From Pseudomonadota bacterium (lineage in GTDB: Bacteria; Pseudomonadota; Gammaproteobacteria; Burkholderiales; Rhodocyclaceae), in contig JAGTRS010000017.1 in the NCBI GenBank assembly GCA_018262195.1, forward strand, positions 639-64,638: DNA of 64,000 nt, read 5' to 3'. The notes under the pieces were generated by a model. That model ran no database searches. It worked only from the letters and a program-made list of their open reading frames with translations, and was not told the origin of the DNA. This document shows positions 29,185 through 39,468 of the stretch, one piece after another (the stretch's first letter is position 1; every line of letters begins with the position of its first letter). A program made the translations under genes and the position numbers.

Positions 29185-31230
29185 CTAAAAATCACCATCG
29201 CTGCCCCCCGCGCTGACGACGGCGCGCAGCACGGCCTGTACCAGCCTGTCGGCCGTCAGGCCGTAGTGTTCGTAAAGCACTGGCGCCGGTGCCGAGGCGC
29301 CGAATTCGTCGATGCCAAGCACCTCGCCGTCGAGGCCGACGTACTTGCGCCAGAAATCGGTCTGCCCAGCCTCGATGGCGACGCGACAGGTTTCGGGCGG
29401 CAGCACCAGCTTTTTCCAGCTCGATGGCTGGCGGTCGAAACGTCGGGTGCAGGGCATGGACACGACACGCACCGCTACGCCGCCGGCCTTCAGGATGGCC
29501 TGCGCCTGCATGGCGATGGCGACTTCGGAGCCGGTGGCGATGATCACCGCCTGCAGTTGACCGTCGGCTTCGGAGAGCACGTAGCCGCCACGGCTGGCAC
29601 CTTCCGCCCGACTCGCCGCACCGCCGTATTGCGGCAGGTTTTGGCGCGACAAAAAGAGGGCGGAAGGTCCGTCTTGACGCTCGAGCGCTTCGGCCCAGGC
29701 GATGGCTGTTTCCAGCTCGTCGCAGGGGCGCCACAGGTCGAGGCCGGGAATGATGCGCAGGCTGCTGGCGTGTTCGACCGGCTGGTGCGTTGGGCCGTCC
29801 TCACCGAGGCCGATGGAATCGTGGGTCAGCACGTGGACGACGCGCTGATTCATCAGGGCACTCATCCGGATGGCATTGCGGGCATAGTCGGAGAACACCG
29901 CGAAGGTGCCACCGTAGGGAATCAGTCCGCCGTGCAGGGCGACGCCGTTCATGATCGCCGTCATGCCGAATTCGCGGACGCCGTAGGAAACGTAGTTGGC
30001 CTGGCGCTCGCCGGCCTCGTGCAGGGCAACGCTACCCTTGCCGGCGGTCAGGTTGGAACCGGTCAGGTCGGCCGAACCGCCGAGCAGTTCAGGCACGCGG
30101 TCGACCAGCAGGTCGAGGCAGTTCTGCGACGACTTGCGGGTGGCGATGGCCGCTTCCTTGCGGCCCGCAGCGGCGAGCAGTTCGCTTTTGATTTCGGGCC
30201 ATTTTTCCGGTAAACCGTGGGATTGTGTGCGCTCAAACTCGGCGGCGAGTTCCGGATACTGAGTGCGGTAGGCGGCGAATCGGGTCTGCCATCTGGCTTC
30301 GGCAGCAGTGCCGGCGATGCTGGCATCCCATGCGGCACGCAGATTGTCCGGCACGGTGAAAGGAGCATGTGGCCAGCCCAGCGCGGCGCGGGTGGCGGCC
30401 GTTTCGTCGGCACCGAGCGGCGCACCATGCACGTCGTGCGAACCGGCCTTGTTCGGCGAACCCCAACCGATCTGGGTGCGGCAGACGATCAGGGTCGGCT
30501 GGCCGGTGACCACCCTGGCCTCGGCGATGGCGGCGGTCAGTGCGGCTGAATCATGGCCGTCAATCGGCCCGATGACATGCCAGCCGTAGGCGCGGAAGCG
30601 GGCCGGGGTGTCGTCGCGGAACCAGCCCTTGACGTGACCATCGATGGAAATTCCGTTGTCGTCATAGAAGCAGGTCAGCTTGTCGAGGCCCCAGACGCCA
30701 GCCAGCGAACAGGCTTCGTGGCTGATGCCTTCCATCAGGCAGCCGTCGCCGACGAAGACCCAGGTGCGGTGATCAACAATATCCAGTCCCGGCCGGTTGT
30801 AGCGCTGGGCCAGCAGCTTTTCGGCCAGCGCCATGCCGACGGCGTTGGTCAGGCCCTGGCCGAGCGGCCCGGTGGTCGTCTCGACGCCGGGCGTGTGGCC
30901 GACTTCGGGGTGGCCGGCGGTGCGGCTGCCGAACTGGCGGAAGTTCTTCAGGTCATCAATGCTCAGGTCGTAGCCGGTCAGGTGCAACAGCGCGTAGAGC
31001 AGCATCGAGCCGTGGCCATTCGACAGGACGAAGCGGTCGCGGTCGGCCCACTGCGGGTTGGCCGGATTGTGCTTGAGGTGGTCGCGCCACAGCACTTCGG
31101 CAATGTCGGCCATGCCCATCGGCGCGCCGGGGTGGCCGGATTTGGCCTGATTGACGGCATCGATGGCGAGAAAGCGGACGGCATTGGCCAGTTCGCGGCG
31201 GAAGGTGGTTTCGGTCTGGTTGCGATCCAT
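29185..31230 (-). CDS. tkt: Transketolase (CbbT)
   Basis: [51 protein letters not shown]. Confidence 0.96.
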   Translation of the reverse strand: MDRNQTETTFRRELANAVRFLAIDAVNQAKSGHPGAPMGMADIAEVLWRDHLKHNPANPQWADRDRFVLSNGHGSMLLYALLHLTGYDLSIDDLKNFRQFGSRTAGHPEVGHTPGVETTTGPLGQGLTNAVGMALAEKLLAQRYNRPGLDIVDHRTWVFVGDGCLMEGISHEACSLAGVWGLDKLTCFYDDNGISIDGHVKGWFRDDTPARFRAYGWHVIGPIDGHDSAALTAAIAEARVVTGQPTLIVCRTQIGWGSPNKAGSHDVHGAPLGADETAATRAALGWPHAPFTVPDNLRAAWDASIAGTAAEARWQTRFAAYRTQYPELAAEFERTQSHGLPEKWPEIKSELLAAAGRKEAAIATRKSSQNCLDLLVDRVPELLGGSADLTGSNLTAGKGSVALHEAGERQANYVSYGVREFGMTAIMNGVALHGGLIPYGGTFAVFSDYARNAIRMSALMNQRVVHVLTHDSIGLGEDGPTHQPVEHASSLRIIPGLDLWRPCDELETAIAWAEALERQDGPSALFLSRQNLPQYGGAASRAEGASRGGYVLSEADGQLQAVIIATGSEVAIAMQAQAILKAGGVAVRVVSMPCTRRFDRQPSSWKKLVLPPETCRVAIEAGQTDFWRKYVGLDGEVLGIDEFGASAPAPVLYEHYGLTADRLVQAVLRAVVSAGGSDGDF

Positions 31231-31341
31231 GTCTCACTCCATTTTTCTGAATTCAGCTTGCAGTTCGCCATCCCTGTGCGGGCAGGGATGCTGTTCATTG
31301 CATTTCCGGAGTCGTTCCCGCAGAGCGGGAACGAAGAATTC

Positions 31342-32214
31342 CTACGCCCTGCGCTTGTGATCCATCAAGCGCAAAACCATCGGCGTGAAGATCATCTGCA
31401 TGGCCAAACCCATCTTGCCGCCGGGCACGACCAGGGTGTTCGGGCGGGTCAGCATGGCGCCGTGCAGGATATTCAGCAGATACTGGAAGTCGATTCCCTT
31501 CGGGTTGGCGAAGCGGATGACCACCATGCTCTCGTCGGCCGTCGGGATGTCACGGGCGATGAAGGGGTTGGAGGTATCGACGATGGGCACGCGCTGGAAA
31601 TTGACATGGGTGCGCGAGAACTGCGGGCAGAGGTGGCTGACGTAGTCCGGCATACGGCGCAGGATGGTGTCGGTGACTGCCTCCTGCGAATAGCCGCGCA
31701 TTTTCTGGTCGCGATGCAGCTTCTGGATCCACTCGAGGTTGATGGTGGGAACCACGCCGACGCACAGGTCGACCTGCTTCGAGATGTCCACTTTCTCACT
31801 GGCCCAGGCGCCGTGCAGGCCTTCGTAGAACATCAGGTCGGTGCCTTCGGGAATGTCCTGCCACGGCGTGAAGGTACCGGGCTCCTGCTGCCACGGCTCG
31901 GCTTCGCCGGCATCGTGCAGGTATTTGCGGACCTGGCCGCCACCCGTCTTGCCGTAACTGATGAATAGCTGCTCCAGCTCTTCCAGCAGGTTGGCTTCCG
32001 GGCCGAAGTGGCTGAAGTTCAGGTTACCCAGTGCTTCCTGCGCCTTCATTTCGGCGCGCATGGCCAGGCGGTCGTAGCGATGAAAGGAATCGCCCTCGAC
32101 GATCTGCGCCTTCAGCCCTTCACGCCGGAAGATATGCTGGAAGCTCTGCATCACCGTGCTGGTGCCGGCACCGGAGGAACCGGTGATGGCGATGATGGGG
32201 TGTTTGATGGACAT
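31342..32214 (-). CDS. prk: Phosphoribulokinase (CbbP)
   Basis: MSIKHPIIAITGSSGAGTS, EGDSFH, YEGLHG, QKLHRD, NFQRVP. Confidence 0.96.
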   Translation of the reverse strand: MSIKHPIIAITGSSGAGTSTVMQSFQHIFRREGLKAQIVEGDSFHRYDRLAMRAEMKAQEALGNLNFSHFGPEANLLEELEQLFISYGKTGGGQVRKYLHDAGEAEPWQQEPGTFTPWQDIPEGTDLMFYEGLHGAWASEKVDISKQVDLCVGVVPTINLEWIQKLHRDQKMRGYSQEAVTDTILRRMPDYVSHLCPQFSRTHVNFQRVPIVDTSNPFIARDIPTADESMVVIRFANPKGIDFQYLLNILHGAMLTRPNTLVVPGGKMGLAMQMIFTPMVLRLMDHKRRA

Positions 32215-32256
32215 TTGTTTCTCCCTGCAGATGTGAATTCTTGATCCGATGAAGCC

Positions 32257-33324
32257 CTAGGCCTGATCGCGAAATAGAGAGCGCTCGGAGAACAGCGGCG
32301 AAACAAACGGCCGATCTGCCCCGGTGTCGTATTCCTGGTGATAGCGCTCCAGCCGCTCGACCTCGTTCTTCGAACCGAGGATGACCGGCACGCGCTGGTG
32401 CAGGGCGTCCGGCGCCACACTGAGGATGCGCTGACGGCCGGTGCTGGCCGCGCCGCCGGCCTGCTCGATCAGCATCGCCATCGGGTTGGCTTCGTAAAGC
32501 AGGCGCAGGCGACCGGGCTTGCTCGGGTCCTTGCTGTCCTTGGGATACATGAAGATGCCGCCGCGAATCAGGATGCGATGCACTTCAGCCACCATCGAGG
32601 CAATCCAGCGGGTATTGAAATCCTCGCCACGGACGCCCGTCTTGCCGGCCTTGCACTCGCTGACGTAGCGCTGCACCGGCGGCTCCCAGAAGCGTTCATT
32701 GGAGGTGTTGATGGCGAATTCGCGGGTGTCTTCAGGCACCCGGATGTTGGCGTGGGTCAGGAGAAAGTTGCCGCTCTCGCGATCCAGCGTAAAGCCGTGC
32801 GTACCATTGCCCAGGGTCAGCACCATCATCGTCGACGGACCGTAGATGGCGTAACCGGCCGCAACCTGTTCGCTGCCCGGCCGCAGGTAATCGCCGAGTT
32901 CGGCATCACCGGCAGCCGAGCGGGAAAAGATCGAAAAGATGGTGCCGACCGAGACATTGACATCGCTGTTCGAAGAGCCATCGAGCGGATCGAAAATCAG
33001 CAGGTAACGGCCACGCGGGTATTCGGCCGGGATCGGGTACGGATCGTCCATTTCCTCGGAGGCCATGCCGGCCAGTTGGCCGCCCCATTCGCAGTGGCGC
33101 AGGATGGCTTCGTTGGTCAGCACATCGAGCTTCTTCTGTACTTCGCCCTGGATGTTGGTACTTTCCAGCGCGCCGTGATGTCCGGCCAGCGCCCCCTTGG
33201 CGACCATCGCCGAGATGGTTTTGACGGCGGCGGCGACGTCGATCAGCAGCGCGCCGAGTTCGCCATGGCTGGCGCGGGTGTTTTCGATGACGAACTTCGA
33301 GAGGGTGGTACGGCCGAATTGCAT
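32257..33324 (-). CDS. fbp: Class I fructose-1,6-bisphosphatase (CbbF)
   Basis: [28 protein letters not shown]; start at ATG 33324 after GGAG. Confidence 0.95.
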   Translation of the reverse strand: MQFGRTTLSKFVIENTRASHGELGALLIDVAAAVKTISAMVAKGALAGHHGALESTNIQGEVQKKLDVLTNEAILRHCEWGGQLAGMASEEMDDPYPIPAEYPRGRYLLIFDPLDGSSNSDVNVSVGTIFSIFSRSAAGDAELGDYLRPGSEQVAAGYAIYGPSTMMVLTLGNGTHGFTLDRESGNFLLTHANIRVPEDTREFAINTSNERFWEPPVQRYVSECKAGKTGVRGEDFNTRWIASMVAEVHRILIRGGIFMYPKDSKDPSKPGRLRLLYEANPMAMLIEQAGGAASTGRQRILSVAPDALHQRVPVILGSKNEVERLERYHQEYDTGADRPFVSPLFSERSLFRDQA

Positions 33325-33363
33325 GGTGTCTCCAATCATTCTTGTGTTACCGCATTGGCAGCC

Positions 33364-33432
33364 AAGATAAGTGACTTATTAATTAAGTAACAGTCAGATT
33401 TTCTTATCACCTGAGTAAGGCATCGTTTATTA
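33364..33432 (-). promoter_or_regulatory. Putative CbbR-regulated promoter of the fbp arm
   Basis: Contains TNA-N7-TNA (TAAGAAAATCTGA) and a TATCTT -10 candidate; aligns without gaps to 39354-39422. Confidence 0.65.
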
Positions 33433-33503
33433 AATGGCCGCTTACCAATTGCATCAGAAATCCTGACTGGCCGCCAGCAAGGCCTCGGGCTATCGTCCGC
33501 CGC

Positions 33504-34205
33504 ATGCCCACACTCCAAGCCCTGATCTTCGACGTCGATGGCACGCTGGCCGACACCGAGCGCGACGGCCATCGCCCTGCCTTCAATGCGGCCTTTGCCG
33601 AGCACGGACTCAATTGGCACTGGGATGAAAGGCTGTACGGCGAACTGCTCACCATCACCGGCGGCAAGGAACGCATCCGCCACTACGCCACCCGCCACGC
33701 GCCCGAGATCGCCGCCCGACCCGGATTCGACGGGCTGGTCCGCGACCTGCACGCCGCCAAGACGCGCCACTACCTGCGCCTGGTCGAATCCGGCAGCCTG
33801 CCGCTCCGGCCCGGCGTCGCGGCGCTCATCCGGCAAGCCCGCCAGCACAGCCTGCGCCTCGCCATTGCGACCACGACCACCCCGGAAAACGTCACCGCCC
33901 TGCTCCATGCCACGCTCGGGGCGGAGGCGTCAGGCTGGTTCGAGGTCATCGGCGCTGGCGACAGCGTGCCCAACAAAAAGCCGGCCCCCGACATCTACCA
34001 CTGGGTGCTCGAGCGCCTCACCCTGCCACCGGAAAACTGTCTGGCCATCGAAGACTCGGCCAACGGCCTGCAGGCTGCCCGCGCCGCCGGCCTGCGCTGC
34101 CTCGTCACGCCCAACGACTACACCGCCGGCGAAGACTTCAGCAGCGCATGGCAGGTGCTGGCGGACTTGCGGGAGTTCAACCTCGCTGCCATGGGCACCC
34201 GCTGA
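33504..34205 (+). CDS. cbbY: CbbY-family HAD sugar-phosphate phosphatase
   Basis: FDVDGTLADTERDGHRPAFNAAF, GGKER, KKPAPDIY, IEDS; cbb context. Confidence 0.85.
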   Translation: MPTLQALIFDVDGTLADTERDGHRPAFNAAFAEHGLNWHWDERLYGELLTITGGKERIRHYATRHAPEIAARPGFDGLVRDLHAAKTRHYLRLVESGSLPLRPGVAALIRQARQHSLRLAIATTTTPENVTALLHATLGAEASGWFEVIGAGDSVPNKKPAPDIYHWVLERLTLPPENCLAIEDSANGLQAARAAGLRCLVTPNDYTAGEDFSSAWQVLADLREFNLAAMGTR

Positions 34206-34333
34206 ATTTCAAATTTGGCTGTTTTTCCGGCCAAACGGTGCAGGCCCGACTGCCCGCCCCGCCGGGCAAAACTCAAGTTCGTGCTCCCATCGGCCGTAAA
34301 GTCTGATAGAACAACCTATTCGGGAGCGAGACC

Positions 34334-34699
34334 ATGAGCGACAAAGAATCCAAAGACAGCCAGGAGCAACCTGCCAAGGCACGATCATTTGAAAAGCCGA
34401 CCATGATCCTCGTCGCCGTCGCCCTCGTGCTGACGCTGGCCAACACCGTGCTGATCGTCATGAACCCCACCGCCAAGAAGGTCGAGCAATTCAATGAAGA
34501 ATTGAAGACCGACCTGGCGGAAAGTGTGGCTGCGCTGCACAAGAAGATCGACGGCCTGCGCTCGGCGGAAGCCGAGTGGCAATCCGTGCTCAAAAAAGCC
34601 CAGGCCAAGCCCGACGCCATCTACAAGGTCGTCAACACCAAGGACGGCTACCTGACGCTGACGGAAATCGAGAAACCCGAAGGCTCAGCCGCGCAGTAA
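34334..34699 (+). CDS. Hypothetical single-TM coiled-coil protein
   Basis: 121 aa, one hydrophobic segment, GGAG RBS, host-like codon usage. Confidence 0.65.
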   Translation: MSDKESKDSQEQPAKARSFEKPTMILVAVALVLTLANTVLIVMNPTAKKVEQFNEELKTDLAESVAALHKKIDGLRSAEAEWQSVLKKAQAKPDAIYKVVNTKDGYLTLTEIEKPEGSAAQ

Positions 34700-34885
34700 A
34701 TCGCCCGGCCGGAAACCCGGCGCCAATCGCCGGGGAGCGGTTATCAAATTTGGCAGGGGTTTTGCGCTTGGCCGGAACGGCCTGCCCGCCTCGCGCCTCG
34801 CCCCGGGAAACGCTGAACAACCCGTCATCCGGCGAAAGATGAATCCAGGGAAGTGGTGGCCTGTCGTCGGGAGGCAAAGAATTGC

Positions 34886-35377
34886 TTAGCGCACAGCGGG
34901 AGGAATCGACATTTTTTCAATGCGATCTTCCAGCTCACCAATGTAGGCAGCAAGGGTATTGCCGGATTGCTCCATAAACGATCGGAACTCGTGTTCGAGC
35001 CTGTCGATTCTTGCGAGAAGTACATCCCTGGAGTCACCATTTTGGGCAGATTGCTTGTTCAACTCTGCCTCAAGGAAGACGCGCAACTCCGTAAACCGCG
35101 ACGCTTCGGCTTGATCGGCAAGCTCCCTATTGGCATGCAGTTCCCGTGAATGACGACGTGCCTCGAAAAGAACAGAACCCTGAAGGTAGACGACGAACGC
35201 AAGGAAGAGCGTCGTAACGACCGCCAGCAGTCCGAGCATGATCAGGCCCAGCGGCATGTTGACTGTCGTATAGCCCAGTGACAACTCGGTGGGTGCAAGG
35301 AATACGCCCCAGTTCAACGCCGCAAAAGCGGCAATCGCAACCAACACGAGTAGCAATATCAGCGAGTGCAGTTTCAT
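34886..35377 (-). CDS. Two-TM membrane protein, LapA-like N-terminus
   Basis: AFAALNW....PTELSLG.....PLGLIML followed by a coiled tail; start at ATG 35377. Confidence 0.65.
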   Translation of the reverse strand: MKLHSLILLLVLVAIAAFAALNWGVFLAPTELSLGYTTVNMPLGLIMLGLLAVVTTLFLAFVVYLQGSVLFEARRHSRELHANRELADQAEASRFTELRVFLEAELNKQSAQNGDSRDVLLARIDRLEHEFRSFMEQSGNTLAAYIGELEDRIEKMSIPPAVR

Positions 35378-35612
35378 CGTAATGCTCCTAGCAGGATGAA
35401 CATTGAGAAAACAGGAGAAGGAGCTTAACGGCTCAGCTTCAGAAGGCAAACAGAGAACAGAGAACTCTTGTACCACTGTTAGCAGGTCAAAACCGTGGGT
35501 TGCCGCACGTTGGGCTCGGGGTGGTTTCCCGGTTGAGCATCAGGGTCTTCCCGGCGGGCGGCGGGCAACGCAAACCGCTACACTTGCCGCTCCCGGCAAC
35601 TTCAATCACCCC

Positions 35613-36227
35613 ATGGAAAACCTGCTCTACTGGATCGGTCTCGCCGCCGTCGCTGTCAGCGCCCTGACCGGCGTGCTCGACGCCGGGCGCAAGAACATGG
35701 ACCTGATCGGTGCAGTCATGGTCGGCAGCGCCACGGCACTGGGTGGCGGCACGGTGCGCGATGTGCTGCTCGACCGCAAGGTCTTCTGGATCAGTGATCA
35801 GACTTATCTGATCGTGGCGCTGGCCACGGCATTGCTCATTTTCTTCGCGGTGCGCGCGCTGCGTCTTCCATCGAGGCGCTTCCTGATTCCCGATGCCATC
35901 GGCCTTGCATTGTTTACCGTGTCCGGCACACAGATCGCGCTGGAATGGCAGGCGCCGTGGCTGGTTGCCAGCCTGCTTGGCGTAATCACGGGGGTGGTTG
36001 GCGGCGTGCTGCGCGATGTGCTGTGCAACGAAGTGCCGCTGGTTTTCGTACGCGGCGAACTCTATGCCTCCGCGGCCTGGGCCGGGGCGCTGGCGCTGGT
36101 CGGCCTGCAGGGGCTCGGCGTTTCGCCGGTCATCGCCGCCTGGGCCGGCATGGCGGTGGTGCTTGCCGCCCGCCTGCTCGCCATCGCTTTCCGCATTACC
36201 CTGCCGACCTACTCGGAACGGCAATAA
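35613..36227 (+). CDS. TRIC/UPF0126 (YadS-like) membrane protein
   Basis: Duplicated TALGGGTVRDVLL / TGVVGGVLRDVL, DAIGLALF, ELYA. Confidence 0.88.
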   Translation: MENLLYWIGLAAVAVSALTGVLDAGRKNMDLIGAVMVGSATALGGGTVRDVLLDRKVFWISDQTYLIVALATALLIFFAVRALRLPSRRFLIPDAIGLALFTVSGTQIALEWQAPWLVASLLGVITGVVGGVLRDVLCNEVPLVFVRGELYASAAWAGALALVGLQGLGVSPVIAAWAGMAVVLAARLLAIAFRITLPTYSERQ

Positions 36228-36233
36228 GCCCGA

Positions 36234-37484
36234 TCAGCGGCTGCTGCTCTTCCAGTTGGCCACGCAGTTTTGCTTGAAGTACTTCAGGGCGCGATCCATG
36301 TAGGCATCGGGCATCTGGGGATCGTTATCAGCCAGATGGACTTCCGCATCCGGTTTCAGATCCTGCGACCACATCTGCTTGAGGTCTTCGCGCTGCTCAA
36401 ACGGGGCGTTCTCTTCGATGAATGCGATCACCGCTTTGGAATCGAGTCCCTTCTCGCGGAAGCTGGCGATGATGCTTTTTGCCTCCTTGAGCAAGGCGGT
36501 GGCCTTGGGCGGATGACCGGTCGCCACGCTGAGAAAAATCGTTGCCAGCACGGCGGGATCGTCGGCATTGCCCTTGGTGATGCGTACCCATTCCTTGGCC
36601 ACCAGCTTGTCGTAGGCGACGACATCTTCTTCCATGACATCCCGAACGAAATAAGCGCCCTGCGCTTCGGCGTGCAGTATTTCGTCGGCTGATTTTTCCG
36701 GTGATTTCAGGCGGGGCAATGCGGTATCAATAAATTCCTGCATCGCCTGCCGGGTCATCTGCTCGAAGGCCTCTGGTGCCTCGCGCAGGAAGGCATCGAG
36801 CGTTGCCGGCTTGGTCTTGAAGCTTTTCTTGCGCAGCGTTTCAACGAGCTTGATGAACTCGCTCTTCGACGGCATTTCCAGCGTCTTGGGGCCGACGTAG
36901 AGCAGCAGCATGGCCGAGCGAATCACTTCCTCGGCGCTGTAGTCTTCACACTCGTCCTGCTTTGCGTTCAACTGCCGCGCCAGCCAGCGGGCGAAATCAA
37001 TCCGCATCTGGTTGGCCTGGCACTGGGCAACCTGCGCCCGGTAGCTGGCCAGGGAAAGCGGGAAGGCAAAGCTGCGCTCATTGACGAAAATCTTCTGCGC
37101 CGATGGGTCCACCCGGCGGGCGTGCAGGCTGGTTTCGCCGGGCATCGCGTGCAGGCGCTTGAGCATCTCGGAGCCGCCCCGCGAATGCGACAGCAGCGTG
37201 TTATCGCGCAACGACATGGCGGCGGCGCGCAGATCGCCGTTGGAATAATCTTCGAGATAGAGACTGATCAGGTTGGCCATGCGCGCCACGGCGCTTTCCA
37301 GGTCGGTGCGCAGATAGGCGGTGCCGAAATGATCGGCAATCTGGACGATCCCTTTCGGGCCATCGGCCTCCATCCGGGCAATGTCTACCGGCGTCAGGAT
37401 GCCCTGTGCCAACCCGAAACGGACCGCTTTTTCGAAGTAGGGGCGATCATCGACGACCGCGACTGAGTTATTCACGGTAGCCAT
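36234..37484 (-). CDS. atcC: AtcC-like protein (fourth gene of the J-domain operon)
   Basis: 416 aa; 2 nt from the upstream gene; identity from operon position behind an AtcJ-like gene. Confidence 0.6.
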   Translation of the reverse strand: MATVNNSVAVVDDRPYFEKAVRFGLAQGILTPVDIARMEADGPKGIVQIADHFGTAYLRTDLESAVARMANLISLYLEDYSNGDLRAAAMSLRDNTLLSHSRGGSEMLKRLHAMPGETSLHARRVDPSAQKIFVNERSFAFPLSLASYRAQVAQCQANQMRIDFARWLARQLNAKQDECEDYSAEEVIRSAMLLLYVGPKTLEMPSKSEFIKLVETLRKKSFKTKPATLDAFLREAPEAFEQMTRQAMQEFIDTALPRLKSPEKSADEILHAEAQGAYFVRDVMEEDVVAYDKLVAKEWVRITKGNADDPAVLATIFLSVATGHPPKATALLKEAKSIIASFREKGLDSKAVIAFIEENAPFEQREDLKQMWSQDLKPDAEVHLADNDPQMPDAYMDRALKYFKQNCVANWKSSSR

Positions 37485-37486
37485 TT

Positions 37487-38248
37487 TTAGAGCGCCGATT
37501 CCTCTTCATCCGCTGCTGCAACCGGTGCGGATTTCGGCTTGCTGGCGAGGGCTTCGTCGTCCTCGAGGACTTCGACACGACGCAGCAGGCGGTCGCGCAG
37601 GATGATGACGATCTGCTCGAAAATGTCCGGCAGTTCGTGGCGCAGCACCCAGGCGGTTTCCATCCAGTCGTGGTCGGAAACCTCAGAGCGCGGCACCTTG
37701 GGGCGCGAGCCGGTGATGGAATTGCCTTCGTGCAGGGCTTCGTCAATCTCTTCGATTTTTTCGTTAAGCCAGGAGATCGATTTCGATTCATGGCCATACT
37801 CGGCGTCAAACTCTTCGGAGAAGACGCCTGACATGGCGAAGGCCAGCAGCTCGTCGTCGCGCTCGCCAAAATAATTGGCCAGCACTTCGTAGCCGCCTTC
37901 GATCTCGCCAATCGCTTCGAGGTACTCGGCCGCCATTTCCTCGTCGCGGTAAAGCACGGTGTTCATCATGCCGTGCAGCGCAGCGTGGGTCTGGTCACGA
38001 TAGCGAACTTCAAGAATGACGGCCCGGGCAAACTGCTCCGGTGTGACCAGCATATTGACCACGGTCTGTTTCGATCCGTCGAAGCCGCGCATGATGGCGA
38101 GCAAGTCCTTCGGTGCGATGTCGTTCAAGACCTCGACCAGCGCGTCATCGCCGTCGGTATCGGCAATATTGGCCAGGGCCGTTTCGGCGCCCTTCACGTC
38201 GCCGGCGAGAATGAGTTGGGATGTCTTGAGTACGACGGGGTGTGTCAT
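37487..38248 (-). CDS. atcB: AtcB-like protein
   Basis: 253-aa acidic protein, third gene of the operon; identity by position. Confidence 0.6.
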   Translation of the reverse strand: MTHPVVLKTSQLILAGDVKGAETALANIADTDGDDALVEVLNDIAPKDLLAIMRGFDGSKQTVVNMLVTPEQFARAVILEVRYRDQTHAALHGMMNTVLYRDEEMAAEYLEAIGEIEGGYEVLANYFGERDDELLAFAMSGVFSEEFDAEYGHESKSISWLNEKIEEIDEALHEGNSITGSRPKVPRSEVSDHDWMETAWVLRHELPDIFEQIVIILRDRLLRRVEVLEDDEALASKPKSAPVAAADEEESAL

Positions 38249-38296
38249 GGCATGCCTTATCTAATTTTCGAATGCTGTGGGCTGAGTCTGCGTGGT

Positions 38297-38863
38297 TCAG
38301 GATTTGAGCGAGTCGAAGCCCTGCTCGCCCAGCCAGTCGTCGCCGGCTTCGGCCAGATCCCGGCCTTCGTCGTCACCATCTTCGTCGCTGTTCAGGCTGC
38401 CGCGATTTTCCTCGTCGCCACTTTCCTCTTCGTCATCGTCGTTCTTCGACGCCGACTGCGGCGCGCTTTGGTCGAACTTGCGGATAAACTCCAGGCAGGC
38501 GGCGGTCACCATGAACTCCTCGCCGGCCCCCTCGGCCAGCACGGCCGCCAGATAAGGGGCGGCCCAGGATTCCAGCTTGACGACGGCACTGACATCAGCC
38601 CAGCTCGGGAAGTCACCATCGTCGGGCTCGCACATCACGGCGGCGGCCATGGCCTTGGGGTTGGGGAAGGAAAAGGCGTCGTAAAACACCGGCACCACCA
38701 TCTCCGGGCTGAATTCGATCATCGGCAGGATGGACTTCAGTTCCTGACGTTTTTCCTTCAGGCGCAGCTTGAGTGCCGAGTTTCCTTCCGAATCGTTCAG
38801 CAGATCCTGAATTTCGGCGTCGTAGGACGACGACAACTCGGCGAAGTAATAAGATTTTTTCAC
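38297..38863 (-). CDS. atcA: AtcA-like protein with acidic tail
   Basis: 188 aa; GTGA overlap with the J-domain gene; identity by position. Confidence 0.6.
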   Translation of the reverse strand: MKKSYYFAELSSSYDAEIQDLLNDSEGNSALKLRLKEKRQELKSILPMIEFSPEMVVPVFYDAFSFPNPKAMAAAVMCEPDDGDFPSWADVSAVVKLESWAAPYLAAVLAEGAGEEFMVTAACLEFIRKFDQSAPQSASKNDDDEEESGDEENRGSLNSDEDGDDEGRDLAEAGDDWLGEQGFDSLKS

Positions 38864-39138
38864 GTTTGCATGTTTCCCAGGTGGCTGGACCAGATTTCGC
38901 GCGCTACGGCCAGAGGATCGTCGATCAGACTGGTGCGCCGGGTCTCGTCATAGGCCTTGCGGCGATCCACATCAGCCAGAACTTCGTAAGCTTCCTGCAC
39001 CGCCCGGAACTTGCTGGCGGCATCGGGTTCCGGGTTGCGGTCAGGGTGGAACTGAGCCGCCTTCTTCCGGTAGGCGCTCTTGATGATTTCATTGCTTGCA
39101 TCCGGCGCAACGCCGAGCAGCCCGTAATAGTCTTTCAT
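38860..39138 (-). CDS. atcJ: Minimal J-domain co-chaperone, AtcJ-like
   Basis: 92 aa; [11 protein letters not shown] motif, C-terminal P-X7-W (PLAVAREIW). Confidence 0.78.
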   Translation of the reverse strand: MKDYYGLLGVAPDASNEIIKSAYRKKAAQFHPDRNPEPDAASKFRAVQEAYEVLADVDRRKAYDETRRTSLIDDPLAVAREIWSSHLGNMQT

Positions 39139-39353
39139 AGTGCCTTTATCGGTGGTCAGGGCTCAGCTCGAACCCGAGCGATTCCCTCGCAAAAAACAAC
39201 GCGTTACGGCCAAAGGCGAATTATCCGTCAACTAAGCCAACAATGCTCCCTCGCTGTCGCCTTGAAGCCATCCGCCATAACGCGGAATGCAAGGGCTGGC
39301 CGGCGAGAGCGGGAGATTTTGCCAGAAACAAAAAGGCTCAAACAAGGCGCATA

Positions 39354-39422
39354 TGATCAGCCATCACTTAAGTGTTTGATAAAAACACGTGACTATTATT
39401 TATCAATTGCCCTGCCTAGTAT
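39354..39422 (+). promoter_or_regulatory. Putative CbbR-regulated promoter of cbbM
   Basis: TNA-N7-TNA (TAAAAACACGTGA), TAGTAT -10 candidate; ungapped alignment to the fbp promoter. Confidence 0.65.
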
Positions 39423-39468
39423 TCAGTCCATCGCAGCAGCCCTGACGAATAACCAAGGAGACAAGACG

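Noticed and set aside
35410-35480. Glycine-riboswitch-like words (ACAGGAGA..GAAGG..AACTCT..ACTGT) upstream of the UPF0126 gene
   Set aside because: Lacks the conserved CTCAGG, convincing stems and a second aptamer; an Rfam RF00504 scan would settle it
38773-39468. 232-aa N-terminal extension on RubisCO in the ORF track
   Set aside because: Overlaps the J-domain gene and promoter; canonical MDQSNRY start with RBS at 39469
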